Assembly: GCA_004764695.1 (NCBI GenBank)
Contig: SMSO01000025.1
Coordinates: 5,682,862 to 5,746,861, forward strand
DNA: 64,000 bases
Direction: 5' to 3'
Source of the DNA: Schizochytrium sp. TIO01
Lineage: Eukaryota > Protista > Bigyra: Labyrinthulomycetes
Shown: positions 1 to 12,300 of the stretch, in pieces
How positions within the stretch are numbered: the stretch's first letter is position 1
Layout of the letters: every line of letters starts with the position of its first letter
Position numbers and translations under genes: made by a program
The notes under the pieces: model-generated
What the model was told of the DNA's origin: nothing
Databases searched by the model: none
The model's input: only the letters and a program-made list of their open reading frames with translations

Positions 1-850
1 TTCAGATCTAACATGTGCGTGTTGTGTGCCTTTCTCTGCTTCATTTTATCTTGCAAAGTCTACAACTGTACAGCTCCATGAAATTTGCTTCTATTACTCA
101 GCAGCTGGTTATCGAATGCACCCTGCATGGAGGAACTTTTAAATTAGTACGACAAAAAGGTTCATAAACTTGGGAGAATATATTTGGCGCCCATACCTTT
201 AGAAATGATGAATGCAGGTTGGAATTTTGATCCAAAGCTGTTGATATCAAAGATGGGGGTCCAGTCACTTAAAGGAGGATTTCCATTCTCTTCTCCTCTG
301 TCGCCTTCTTCATAAATCCCCTAACTATCACTACTATCACCATTTTGGTTGCAAACAAAAGATATTCTCCTCCTTAGAGCTTCTCTTGTTTTTGTTTGAA
401 ATGTTTTCTTTATGTTGCTTGAATCTTTTATCTTTAACAATATATTATGCCACAGAAGGATCTTTTAGTCCTTAAGTATCTTTCGTGCGGAGTGGAGGAA
501 TAAAGTTCTTATTCGTTTAGAAAAATAAATAAATATTTTCCTTAAGTTTTAAGTTTTACACATTTCGCTTGTAACGTTCATTTTTCAACCAAATCTACAG
601 AGCTTAAGACCCTTACAATAGATGAATAAGATGATTGGTACTGTAGTCGCGAGTTTGGGCAAGTCTCATGTCAGTAGAAGAAGTGTATAAGTTAAGTTAC
701 GAAACATAAAGTTTAGCATTTATTTTCCCTTAAGTATGACAGAAATTGGATCCCAAATTCCATCATGAAAGATTTAGGCGGGTTGAAGAAAACACTTCAA
801 GTTTATCATCAGGTGCAATGGGACATATACGCGTAGTAGTAACCTTGAGC

Positions 851-1808
851 CTATCTTGCCCGTGCGCGCTTCTTCGAGGGTTCAGACCTCCGGAGTTCAT
901 CTTCATCTTCGTCTTCGTCTTCGTCTTCGCCTTCATCTTCATCTTCATCTTCCTCCTCTTCATCTTCTTTTGCCACATTATTGTGAACACGGCGGCCGCC
1001 AAATCGCAGATAGTAGGTGTCACCATCTTTTGGTGCCCCGAGGTTCTTCAACTCTTCCTGGAGCTCCACAAGCATACGAGGACCTCCAGAGTAGGTTTTA
1101 TTATTTTTTTCTTTGAGATCAATAAGCCACTTGCGCTCTACGAGCTTAGCCAGGAATTTATCCAGGGACAGACCAGAAAATTTAGACTTTGTAATAGTAT
1201 CATTTTCGCTCAAGGTACGAACCTCTTTAAAGGTTACCGTAGCGCTCTGGTGCTGGATCAGATGAGTCATGATTAATTTGAATAGAGCCCGCTCATAGTC
1301 GGTAAACTCTGACCCCGAGGAAGTGGAAAGATTGTCACGGCGATTATTGTGCAATACGTAGTAAGTCTTATGGTTGTCTAGCTCGGGAAGAATCTTGCTC
1401 GTGATGTGCAGACCCAAAAGATAGTCCGACATTTTGGCATTGATATCTCCAATTAATCCGTTAATCACAGCATCGTTTACCTCGAATGGCTTTCCAGCGC
1501 GTTCTCCAGCTTTACGCAGCTCTTCCACCATCTCCTCTGAGTCGAGAGCACTATCATTTTTTATTCGCAACAGCAATTTTTTAAATTAGTTGTCAGCACG
1601 CGGATCTTCCTGTCTCCAGTTAACAACCCCCAAAGACACTTGTGCAGCACATGTACACGCCAAGCCATTGCTCGTTGGTTTCGATGCTCGCACAATGGCT
1701 TCAACTTTTCATTACTCGAGACGAGCTGTTGGCTCACTAAGGGATAACTTACTATTCACGCATCAGTGTTTGCAGGAGAAGCCTGTGCTGATCTCCGTAG
1801 CCCGACAT
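851..1808 (-). CDS. NSE1: Nse1 (SMC5/6 non-SMC element 1) family protein; complement(join(851..1550,1753..1808)); no RING finger
   Basis: Exon 1 gives MSGYGDQHRLLLQTLMRE (Nse1-like HRxxLQxLM start). Donor GTAAGT at 1752 and acceptor AG at 1551-1552 join in phase 2 (TA|T). Exon 2 has Nse1-like winged-helix motifs (YYVLHN, FTDYERALFKLIM, LAKLVERKWL, GPRMLVEL), then an acidic tail and a basic KKRARAR end. Confidence 0.8.
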
Positions 1809-2134
1809 GGTGTTCGTCGTAGTGAGACAAAGTGGAAGCCCAGAACTTCAACCAGCAATCGATCAGCAGTCAATCGGGCACTGCTCAAGCGATTGGCCTG
1901 AGCAGCAGCAGACAGAATGGGGTATGTGTTGGCCGAATTGATTCACTTGCTGAGAGTGCTCTCAAACAAACTACCGAAACCTCTTCTAATATAACTCCTA
2001 TCAATTAGTTGCGGTTTCAATATAAGTGCTTTGATGTTTTCAAGCTGGATGTGCTTTCGGTATTTATGGCGTGGCAGATCAGGATCAAAGGGGCTGGGAA
2101 ACAGATCTAGGAACAGCATACTTGCACGGACATC

Positions 2135-3084
2135 ATGGAGAAAGTTAACGGCTGCGAGACCTTGTACGAGATCCTCAAGGAGGGCGAAGGTAAGTTGCTA
2201 TCTTGCGTTGATGAGTAACGCTGATGAGGTCTAGAAGGTGCTAAAGAAGCACAGCGAAGGACCTCTTGCGAAACAGTGCTCTTTGCGGATGGTTAACTAT
2301 TGAGAACCCTTCCGTGTGCAAGACGCGGTCAACCAGGAAGAAGTGATCTGAGGCCTAGCTAGATAGAATTTGGGCTGGGGAAAAGATGTAGAAATTGGAA
2401 CTCTAACGATCCGTGTTCATATTTTCTTTCTTTCCTTCTTATTCAATCTGCTATTTTAATTTTACAAACAGGTGACAAGGTTGTGGAAAAGGGTAACACT
2501 GTTACTTGCCACGCCAAGGGCGTTGTCAAGGAGGTACGTGAATGCCAAATATTGTTTAAAGGTTAGGGACAAACAAAAGCTAACTTACCGAATGAATCGC
2601 ATCGTATCACCGGTACCAAATAATTATCCTCACCCGGAACTAAACATAAACACAACGACGTGGATGCTTACCTCATGATCTATCGCATCTGGTCATTGTC
2701 TTGTTTTGTTTTTCCCACCACCTTTACTGTCACCAAAACCAACTATAACAAACAATCGTGACTGATATATTTTGCTATAACTAATGTCAACATCAATCCA
2801 TTCGACCGTGCAATTGTTCACAAATACCTGCTTTGAATCATGCACAGACTGACACCAAGTTCTGGTCTACTCGTGACCCCGGTCAGAAGGAGTTCATGTT
2901 TCAGGCTGGAATTGGCTCTGTCATCAAGGGCTGGGACCAGGGCTGCCTCGGCATGAAGCAGGGTGAGATCCGCAAGCTCGAAATCCCTTCCCACGAAGGC
3001 TACGGCGCTAGTGGATTCCCAGCTTGGGGCATCCCTCGCAATGCAACTCTTATCTTTGAGATCGAGATTATCAAGATTCATTAA
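2135..3084 (+). CDS. FKBP12: FKBP-type peptidyl-prolyl isomerase (FKBP12-like); join(2135..2189,2472..2533,2848..3084)
   Basis: Exons read MEKVNGCETLYEILKEGE|GDKVVEKGNTVTCHAKGVVKE|TDTKFWSTRDPGQKEFMFQAGIGSVIKGWDQG...GYGASGFPAWGIPRNATLIFEIE. Donors GTAAGT and GTACGT and CAG acceptors are in consistent phase. Confidence 0.93.
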
Positions 3085-3955
3085 GTCGTACATATAACTC
3101 GCAATTTTCCATTTCCAATCTTGACAACTTCTCGTTGAAAGCTGCACGCTCCCTACGATGCTGCTCTGCTTGTGCATCGAGCTGCTTTGACAACATATCG
3201 ACCAATGATTTGGTATCCTTTTTCGATCCGTTGATGCGGAGACTTTGTGCGGCGCGCAAAGATTCAATTTGAGATTGCATATAGGAAATTTGTTGTGCGG
3301 ACTCCTCCGCAACAGCCTCTAAATTCTTTGTGTACGTAGCTTTCTTTTTTTCGTCTCGCTTTGTCTTTTGGGTTTTACGGACAGTTTCCTCTAGAACTTC
3401 ATTATTTCGTTGTAGGTCGCTGATACGATTAATAAGAGCCCCGATTTGTGCATCCTGTTCAGCAGTACGGGTTTCCGTCGCACGAAGGGTCGCCTCTAAA
3501 GCTGCATTTCGAGCTTGCGCCAGTTTGATTTCTGCTTGGGCTTGTTCTGCAAGTTTTTCAGATGCCTTGAGGCGAGACTTTATTTGATGATCATCCTGTG
3601 TCTCTTGCTCAAGCTCTTGATTACGCCTGTAAAGTTTTCGAATTACCGCTTCGGCAACCGCTAAACGATCTAGACTAGCTGCAGCAGTCTTGGGAGAGTT
3701 CTGGTTAGTGCTTCCTCCGAAGTCCCCTCCGCTAGATCCTGCCCTTGATGCAGAAGCAAGTTTATATGGGTCACTGTAATATTCTTTAAGTTGAGCTAGA
3801 TCTTCCATGGCGCGCTGGAGCTCGGCATCAAGGTCGTCTTTCGGGGCACCACCTTTCTGAAGTCCCAGACTTTTGGAGCTTTGGTTTGAGCCCACCTTTT
3901 TAGCCATAAGCTCCACACGCTCTGTCCGAGGTCCACCAGGTCTTGAACGCCTCAT
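3071..3955 (-). CDS. Uncharacterised coiled-coil protein
   Basis: Open frame of about 294 aa from the ATG at 3955, with heptad-rich E/K/Q/A/L composition. No recognisable domain. Confidence 0.75.
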   Translation of the reverse strand: MRRSRPGGPRTERVELMAKKVGSNQSSKSLGLQKGGAPKDDLDAELQRAMEDLAQLKEYYSDPYKLASASRAGSSGGDFGGSTNQNSPKTAAASLDRLAVAEAVIRKLYRRNQELEQETQDDHQIKSRLKASEKLAEQAQAEIKLAQARNAALEATLRATETRTAEQDAQIGALINRISDLQRNNEVLEETVRKTQKTKRDEKKKATYTKNLEAVAEESAQQISYMQSQIESLRAAQSLRINGSKKDTKSLVDMLSKQLDAQAEQHRRERAAFNEKLSRLEMENCELYVRLNES

Positions 3956-5033
3956 CTTGTGCTCCAGTAGTTGATGGTGAGCGTGAAGGCCCCTTCTGTA
4001 AAAAGGCAACTGACTTGTCCCTGCTTCTTCTTCCTTCTTCTACTTCAACTGCTACTACTTCTTCTTCAACTAGAAACGTCCAGCTACAGGTTTGATTAAG
4101 GGGCGATTCATGCATAAATCAATCTTGGATTCTTGAGGGCCAGTCTTGCCGACGGTCTTTAACAAGTTTCCCTTCAGGTTATTGTCTTTGACCAGATGTG
4201 TCCGTTGTGCATTACCGTGCACGAAGTCCATAATGACTAGGCGCATATCATGACTTGCCGCGGCGAAATATATGTTCGAGGATGAAATGTCTTCATTTAA
4301 TCACTCACAACCGTACTCTTTTAACCCCATCTACGCAGGACCAGCCCTTTTCTGACCTTCATGCACGCGTCTGTATTGCCAAGCTCCCAAGAGCATCCGG
4401 AAAGGCTCGCAATGTTTTAGGTTCGCAGTCCTCCGCTTCACCTTATTGCAATATATTTTTACTAAATATCAACTCCAAGAAACATTGTAGTACTTCAATT
4501 AGTTTTATGACGCCGGAAAACCAAATGCTTTACTTTAATCCATAACTAATGTCTAACTTTACCTCCTTCTCTCCTCCATGTTCCTCTGGGCATATATATA
4601 AAGGTTGATTGAACTATTGACAAGTAAATGAAAGCAAATTCCGGCATGCAAACGTGGGTTTCCTGAAGAGTATCGGAAAAGAACGATCAATACATTACTG
4701 TTATCAATTAGACTAAAATTAAAACAAACATTTTTCGCGTGAGACTATTAGCTAATAAGATATGTAGAAGGCAAGATATAAAAGAAAACATACTATTTGA
4801 CAGATAGTTAAAAATAGGTCTAGACTCGTAGTTGCGTAGTAAGTCAGCCTAGGTAGTAGTATCATGATGAAAATGATCAAATCGCCTCTTCGCTCAGTTC
4901 CCGATTAATCTCTGCGCGGCTGCCTCTTGCGAGTGCTGCGTGGCTGGTGTCTTCGTCTGGGGTCTCTGAGCAAGCCTGTTTCAAGGTTGCGTTGCCAGTG
5001 TGGAGTAGCAAAAGCGAAGAAAATAAAGCAATC

Positions 5034-5390
5034 ATGGCGGACACGCAGTACTCTGGAAAGTTGATTGGTGTCATCGGCGACGAAGATACCGTGACGGGGT
5101 TTCTTCTGGCGGGTGTTGGTGAGCGCACGTCAGAGGGAACCAACTTCTTGGTGGTAAAAAAGGACACCCGCCCGCAGGAGGTACTGGAAAAGTTTGAGGA
5201 ACTGACGGCCCGAGAGGATATTGCCATCATTCTCATCAACCAACATATTGCCAACCTTATTCGACAGGCGCTAGCAAAGTACACCAAACTGGTACCGACG
5301 GTCCTGGAAATTCCCTCCAAGGAACACCCGTACGACCCTAGTAAAGATCAGGTACTTAAGCAGGTGAACTTGCTTCTCGGTGGCGAATAA
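5034..5390 (+). CDS. ATP6V1F: V-type proton ATPase subunit F
   Basis: Motifs KLIGVIGDEDTVTGFLLAGVG, REDIAIILINQHIA and VLEIPSKEHPYDPSKD; 118 aa from the ATG at 5034. Confidence 0.97.
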   Translation: MADTQYSGKLIGVIGDEDTVTGFLLAGVGERTSEGTNFLVVKKDTRPQEVLEKFEELTAREDIAIILINQHIANLIRQALAKYTKLVPTVLEIPSKEHPYDPSKDQVLKQVNLLLGGE

Positions 5391-6378
5391 GTTGCTCCAG
5401 GTGATGATTCGCCCAGGATGGACGATTCATGCATACAAGCATGCTTCATTCGCTCATGAGTCGCTCACAATCTTCTTGATAGCCCTCTCATGAAATGCGT
5501 GTTTACTAGCCTTTTAAGTCTCTTACTTTCCCCATTTACTTCTCATTTGTGCACGGCGCATTCATTCGCAACAGCTGCCATTTTGCGTTTGCCTCTTCAC
5601 TTCAACTTCCATATCATATCATTTCTTCATCTCTTTTTCGTCTGCTAATTAAATTTAATTCTGCTACCTCCACCTTTGTTGTTATGGTGACATTCAATCG
5701 GATTGATCTCCACTGGATGAGTTGCGCAGGCATCTTTGACGCTTGATTGCACTTCAATGTACTTAGTTGCAAACACTATGTTGCGAGCACAGAGATCGTC
5801 GCCTCCACTACCAGCCACGAGGAATATTGATGAAGAATTAAAAGGGCTTATTTCTATACTAGGGAATGTGGAGACTTCTTACCATATCAAGCAATCGCTC
5901 TCCAAAGACATGGTCTTCGGCTTCACACATTTCATTTAAAGTTGTCTCATTCTTCTCGTCTCCTTAACTATTTTGAATTAAATTAGCAAAACGAATCATG
6001 TTAACTCTCTAGCAAAGCTTTTCCACTTTAATCTATTTTTCTCATCATCACAGTAGCTTGGCAGCGACGGATAATCACCGAATTGCTTCTATATTTGTTT
6101 GGTTTTTCCAATGAAAAAGAAGTTCAATCACCAGAAGCAAGGGATGCACCTCAAGAAGTCTCTGCATGGTCTCTTGTCAAAACAACAGCAACAGAAAAAC
6201 TTGGCAAAACACAAATCATCTTTCATTTTCAGTGATGTTTGTGATGCAAAAAGACAGATATTAGATAAAACCGAAAATATACACAGCAGGATTATCCTAA
6301 TAAAGTAGCACTAAAGTGCGAAATGTTCGATTAGATAATAGATGGAAGTCGGGTGGGAGAGGATAGATATGCCCAGAT

Positions 6379-9300
6379 TTAAAGGGAATCTGCATCATCG
6401 TTATCATGCGCATTTGTATCAATATCCGAACCAAGATCATCATCAGCTCCGAGCCATCCTCCAGGTGAAGATGACTTGCTCCTGGGACTACGGGGACTGC
6501 GGTTATTGTTATTGTTTGTACGAAAGACTGCATCCGGATCAGCAACGAGCTCATGACGGTTCCGTAACTCACTAGACGAGGTACTGCGGTTTCGGCTAGG
6601 TGGGTAAGCGTCATCCTGCAAAATAATCTCCTCGTTCTGCTCTGCCGAACCAGGCGACTGTGGTGTTTTGGGTGCAGATGGTGCTAGAGCCATCGGTTTG
6701 GGCTCGTGGCGGCCTGAGAAAAAAGAAAAGATAGCACCAAGACCACTGGACTCATCCTCGCCTTGACGAGCCATCGTCTGCTCCTCCGGGCTAAAGTGGA
6801 GGATAGTTGCAATGACTGGCACGAGCTGTGCACGCTCATCCTTAGTTGCTTGGAAGAACTTGATCATCACATTCTTCAGATACTCAGAATTTCCGCCCAA
6901 ACCATGAGAGTCGGCATCCTTCAGATGAGAGATTTGAAGATCTTGGGAACGACCAACAGTTCGCCGAAGTTCAGCAAGCTCCAACTCATGATGTTTAAGT
7001 GTCGCATGGGTGCTTGCAAGCTCAGTATCCTTTTCTTGTAGTGAGTGTGCAGCATCTTCGAGTTTCTTCTCCAGTGCCTTAATTTGCGCATCGCGTCGAG
7101 ACTGCGTTTGTGCAAGCTGTACGAATTCGTGCTCTTCACTGTTCTTGGACTTTTCCTCAAGTTCTTCTGTTTGACGTGCGAGTTCCTCCTTTGCTTCGCG
7201 AGCTGCAGCCTCTAACAAAGATATTTCACGGTCTTTCTGAGCAATCAGCTGCCGTGCATTGTCGTTGCGAGATTTAAGTTGCTTACGAAGTTCTTGCACT
7301 TGCGCTTCACTCTTTTTTAGTTGTGCATCTGATGAAGTCCGCTCTCCAATAAGACTCTCTTCGTAATTCTTCGATACTTCAGCAAGCTTCTCTCGCAGCT
7401 CATCAACTTCTTTGCTCAACTCGTCTTTGGCACTTACAGCTGCCATCAATTCTTCGCGAAGCGTCTCCGCTTCGCGAGAGCCCTTAGCCAGCGAATTCTG
7501 AGCCTGTTCAGCCTCCTGGAGATCTAGCTCTAAAGCACTAGTACGTTTCTGGGCCTGATTGAGTTGCTCTTGCACAGAGTGCAACTCACTGCGTGATTTC
7601 TTCAAGGCTGCGTTGTTTCTCTGTTTAGTCTTTGTTAGCTCTTCTGACACACGTTGTAATTCAGTTTCGGCTAGCTGGGCCTTTTCGATTTGCACACGAA
7701 GGGCGACCTCCTGAGCATGCAATGCTTCTCCATGAGAACGAGAGTTATGCTCCAAGGCTTGTCGTTGTTCTTGCTCGCGGTCTTGTAGTTGACTCAGTTC
7801 GCGCCTCAATTGATTGCGTTCTTCATCCAGCTTGGCAACTTCTTCTCCACGCATCTCGAGTTCCTGGGCAAGCTCTGTAGCTTGAGCCTTCAAGGCATTC
7901 TGACTAGCGTTCAAGGCCTCACGTGCATTCTCAAGTTCTTCATTCTGTGATGAAATTTGTTCCTTGAGTTTTGAAACCTCGTCAGCATCTGCGGTGCTTT
8001 CTCGTAGCTCTGATAATTCCTTTTCCTTTGTCAATAGCTCCTTCTTGACAGCTTCAACTTCAGCGTGCGCAGCAGCAAGTGCCTCGGTGTGATGCTTGTT
8101 TTTTGCTTGGATCAATTTTTTGGACTTCGTTAAGATCTCCTTCTTCTTTTCCTGAAAACCAGTCTCTGCTTTTGCTAAAGCTGCTTCGAGGTCTTCCGAA
8201 GCCCTCTTCTCTGCAGACTCCTTTTCAGATGTGGTTACGGCAATCTGACTTTGAAGATCATTGATAGTCGTTTCGCTCTGTGCAACCTTTGACTCAAGTA
8301 GTTCAGCTTCTTCCTGGTACTTAGTGATGGTACTTTCAAGTTCAGACACGCGAGAAGCTAGCTCACTGGCTCCAGAAGATGATTCCTCACGAAGAGATGA
8401 AAGCTCCATTTCCATATCCTTACACTTCCTCTCAATCTGAGCGGCTAACTCGATCTTCTCAGTGAGAGCATTATTAAGCTCCTGCACTGTATTTTCGAGC
8501 GTCTCGCGTGAGCTACTTGCTTCGGCTAGGCGAGATTCCTTCTCAGCTATCGAGGACTCTAGTTCATCAACCATTGTTTGCAAGTCAGCAGTTGAAGACT
8601 CGTTTCCAGCTCGCAACTCCTCTAGTTCGGCTGCAAGAGTAGAACGAGCTTCCTCAGTACTTGCTAGCGTACTCTCAAGCTCCTCCAACGATTCTAGAGC
8701 GCGAGACTTCTCAGCAAGGATAGTCTCATACTGCTGTGCAGAGTCCTCACTCTTTTGTGTTAGTTCTTGGATCTGACCCTCAAGACCTTGTTTGGATTCT
8801 GCAGCTTCACCAAGAAGACGTTCTTGATCTGCAACAGTACGCTGGAGCTCCTCAAGCCGAGCTTGCATTTCTGCAGATTGGGCACCTGAGCCCTCTTGAA
8901 GCTGCTGGATCTGATCCACAAGCGCAGTACGAGCCTCCTCAGCGCTGCGAAGCGCCTCTTCACGTTCCTCTAGAGTGCTCTGCATAGCTTGTAGCTTCTC
9001 ATCGAGTTCAACCTTGAGCTTTTCGGTAGCCTCTTCGCTCTCCTGGGTAAGACGCTGTATTTGCTCGTCAGATGCAGCGCGTGCGTCCACAGCATCTTGA
9101 AGCTCCTTATCCTTGTCAGCTAGGGAAGTCTGAAGCTCCTCGAGTCTGGCCTCGGTTTCTGAACTCTGTGACTGGATATTGTTTCGCATTTCCTCGAGTT
9201 GTGCAACGACTTCTTGTCGGGACTCCTCAGCAACCTGCAAAGCTTGCTCCCGTTCAGCAAGCGTGTTTTGCAAAGTCTTGAGTTTTTCTTCAAGTTCGGC

Positions 9301-12300
9301 CTGATACTGTTGAGCTGCTTCCTCGCCTTGTTGAGTAAGTTGTTGAATCTGTTCTTCCAGAGCTGTACGAGCAGTAAGAGCATTCTGTAGAGCTTGCTCT
9401 TTGTCTGAAGCTGACTCGTTTAACTTTTCGAGTTGACTTTGGAGCTCCTCAGACACAGTTTTGCTTTCAGCCTTCAATTCTTCAAGCTCGTCAGCCAAGG
9501 CTGCACGAGCTCTCTCGGCTTCCTGGAGAACAATATCCTTCTCTTCAAGAGTCGCCTGCAAAGCAGCATCTCGCTCCTCTAGAGTTGCTTGCAATGCATT
9601 GAGTTTTTCCTCCAGCTCGCTTTGCAACTGCTTAGTGAATGCATCAGTCTGTGCTTTGGCAATATCGATTTGCTCCTCAAGAGAAGCATTTCTCTCATTA
9701 GCATCATCAAGGAGAGATTGCTTCTCAATAAGAGCAGACTCGAGCTCACCAACTTTGCTCTGCAAATCAGAAGCTACAGCCTCGTTTCCAGCTCGCAACT
9801 CCTCTAGTTCGGCTGCAAGAGTAGAACGAGCTTCCTCAGTACTTGCTAGCGTACTCTCAAGCTCCTCCAACGATTCTAGAGCGCGAGACTTCTCAGCAAG
9901 GATAGTCTCATACTGTTGTGCAGAGTCCTCACTCTTTTGTGTTAGTTCTTGGATCTGACCCTCAAGACCTTGTTTGGATTCTGCAGCTTCACCAAGAAGA
10001 CGTTCTTGATCTGCAACAGTACGCTGGAGCTCCTCAAGCCGAGCTTGCATTTCTGCAGATTGGGCACCTGAGCCCTCTTGAAGCTGCTGGATCTGATCCA
10101 CAAGCGCAGTACGAGCCTCCTCAGCGCTGCGAAGCGCCTCTTCACGTTCCTCTAGAGTGCTCTGCATAGCTTGTAGCTTCTCATCGAGTTCAACCTTGAG
10201 CTTTTCGGTGGCCTCTTCGCTCTCCTGGGTAAGACGCTGTATTTGCTCGTCAGATGCAGCGCGTGCGTCCACAGCATCTTGAAGCTCCTTATCCTTGTCA
10301 GCTAGGGAAGTCTGAAGCTCCTCGAGTCTGGCCTCGGTTTCTGAACTCTGTGACTGGATATTGTTTCGCATTTCCTCGAGTTGTGCAACGACTTCTTGTC
10401 GGGACTCCTCAGCAACCTGCAAAGCTTGCTCCCGTTCAGCAAGCGTGTTTTGCAAAGTCTTGAGTTTTTCTTCAAGTTCGGCCTGATACTGTTGAGCTGC
10501 TTCCTCGCCTTGTTGAGTAAGTTGTTGAATCTGTTCTTCCAGAGCAGCGCGTGCAGCTGAGGCTTCCTGAAGAGCCTCTTCCTTTTCGATTAGAGAAGCC
10601 TCTAGCTTATCAAATCTACTACTCCATTCCTCAGATTTTGCATGCTGGTTATCTTCAGCCTGCTGAAGCTCATCTGCTAGCTTTGTTTGGACTTCTTCTG
10701 CTGCCCGTAGCGAGTCGTCACGTTCAGTTATAATTGATTGCAATTCACTCAATTTTTCCTCGAGTTCTGATTCGTGCTTCTCAGCTATTTTTGTAGCCTC
10801 TTCAGTGAGCCGGTAAATTTCGCCTTCAAGCTCTGCACGCGAGTCACTTGCGTCTTGTAACAGACGTTTATTCTCCCGCATGGTGGCATCAAGCTCGTTA
10901 AATTTGGCCTCATAGACCTCAGAAGAATCTTGCGCGCGCTCAGAGAGTTGTTGGATTTGGTACCTTAGTTTGCTTTCGGTGTCCTCTGCTGCACGAACTG
11001 CTTCATCACGTTCGGCGATGACCTCCTTGAGTTTATCCTGAAGCTCGATTTGGTACTGTTCAGCAGATTCTGTGTTTTGTTGAGTCAGTTGCTCGATCTT
11101 TTCCTCAAGCTTAGATTGTGTTTCTTTTGCCTCATTTTCTGTGTACGTAAATTTAGACAGAGTTTCGTCCAGTTGATCTTTAACCGCTTTTGCCTCGCTC
11201 GAGAAGGTCTCGGCGGCTGTCTTGGATTCTTGTAGATCACAATGTGCTGTCTCCAGCTCTGACCTTAATTCATCAATTGTTGCCTGAAGGCCAGATTGAG
11301 ATTGTTGTAGCTCTTCTTGGGACTTCAGATTCTCAGCAGAGATATTTTCAATGTCCTTGTTGCGATCGTCCAGCTGAGTTTCAAGCTGTTGGATCTGTGC
11401 TTGGAGAGCATCGGCCTGCTCTTGAAGTGAAACGCGAGCTTGTGATTCGGACTCCTCAGCCTCTGTGAGCTTAGCTTGGAGCTCCTGCTCCCTTCGCTCA
11501 GCTTCTCCAAGTTTGGCTTGGATCTCCTGTGTAAGCTCCTCTGCTTTGTTTGCTTCGTCACGTGACGTTTCAAGCGCTTGGCGTAAGTTTGACAGTTCTT
11601 CAGCACTATTCTCTCCATCAGTTTTTAGAACTTCAAGTTCAGACTGGAATGCATTGGCACGAGACTCCGCCTCAGTCAACCGGTTTTGCAGATTTTCAAG
11701 GTCAGCTTGAAGAGAAACAATTGCTTCTTCGGATGCAATTTTGGCAGCACGGGAGGACTCCAAGTCAGCTTCAAGCTCGTCCTTCTTTGAAGCAATTTGA
11801 GCCGCCTCTTGCTTTAAGCGATCAATTTCAGCCATTGCCTCGCTATTTGCAGAAGAATTTGCATCACTGCTTTCCTTAAGCACTGCAAGCTCATTCTCAA
11901 GGGCAGACTTTTCAGTGGTTCGCTCAGACAAGGATTTCTCGAGATTTGAAAGCGCTTCTTGCAGAGCAGCACGTTCAGTTTCTTGCTGAGTTTTCAAGTC
12001 CTCAACTTGCTGCTGAGCGCGAGATTCACTTTCCTCCAAATGGGCAGAAAGGCGAGTCTCCTGTTCACTCAAAGCTTCTTCCAAAGAACGGTTGTGCTCT
12101 TCCTTCAAGGTATTGATCAGTTCCTCGAGTTCATCGCGGCGTTGGATTGTGGACTCGAGACGATGCGAAGCCTCCTCAAGTTCTTTTTGAAGAAGTTCAT
12201 TGGCATCAGAAACACCCTGTGATAGCTTGCTTTCTTCACAAGTAGCCTTTGCCAAGAGATCCTCAGCTTTTGCTGCCGATTCACAGGCCTGTTTAAGCTG

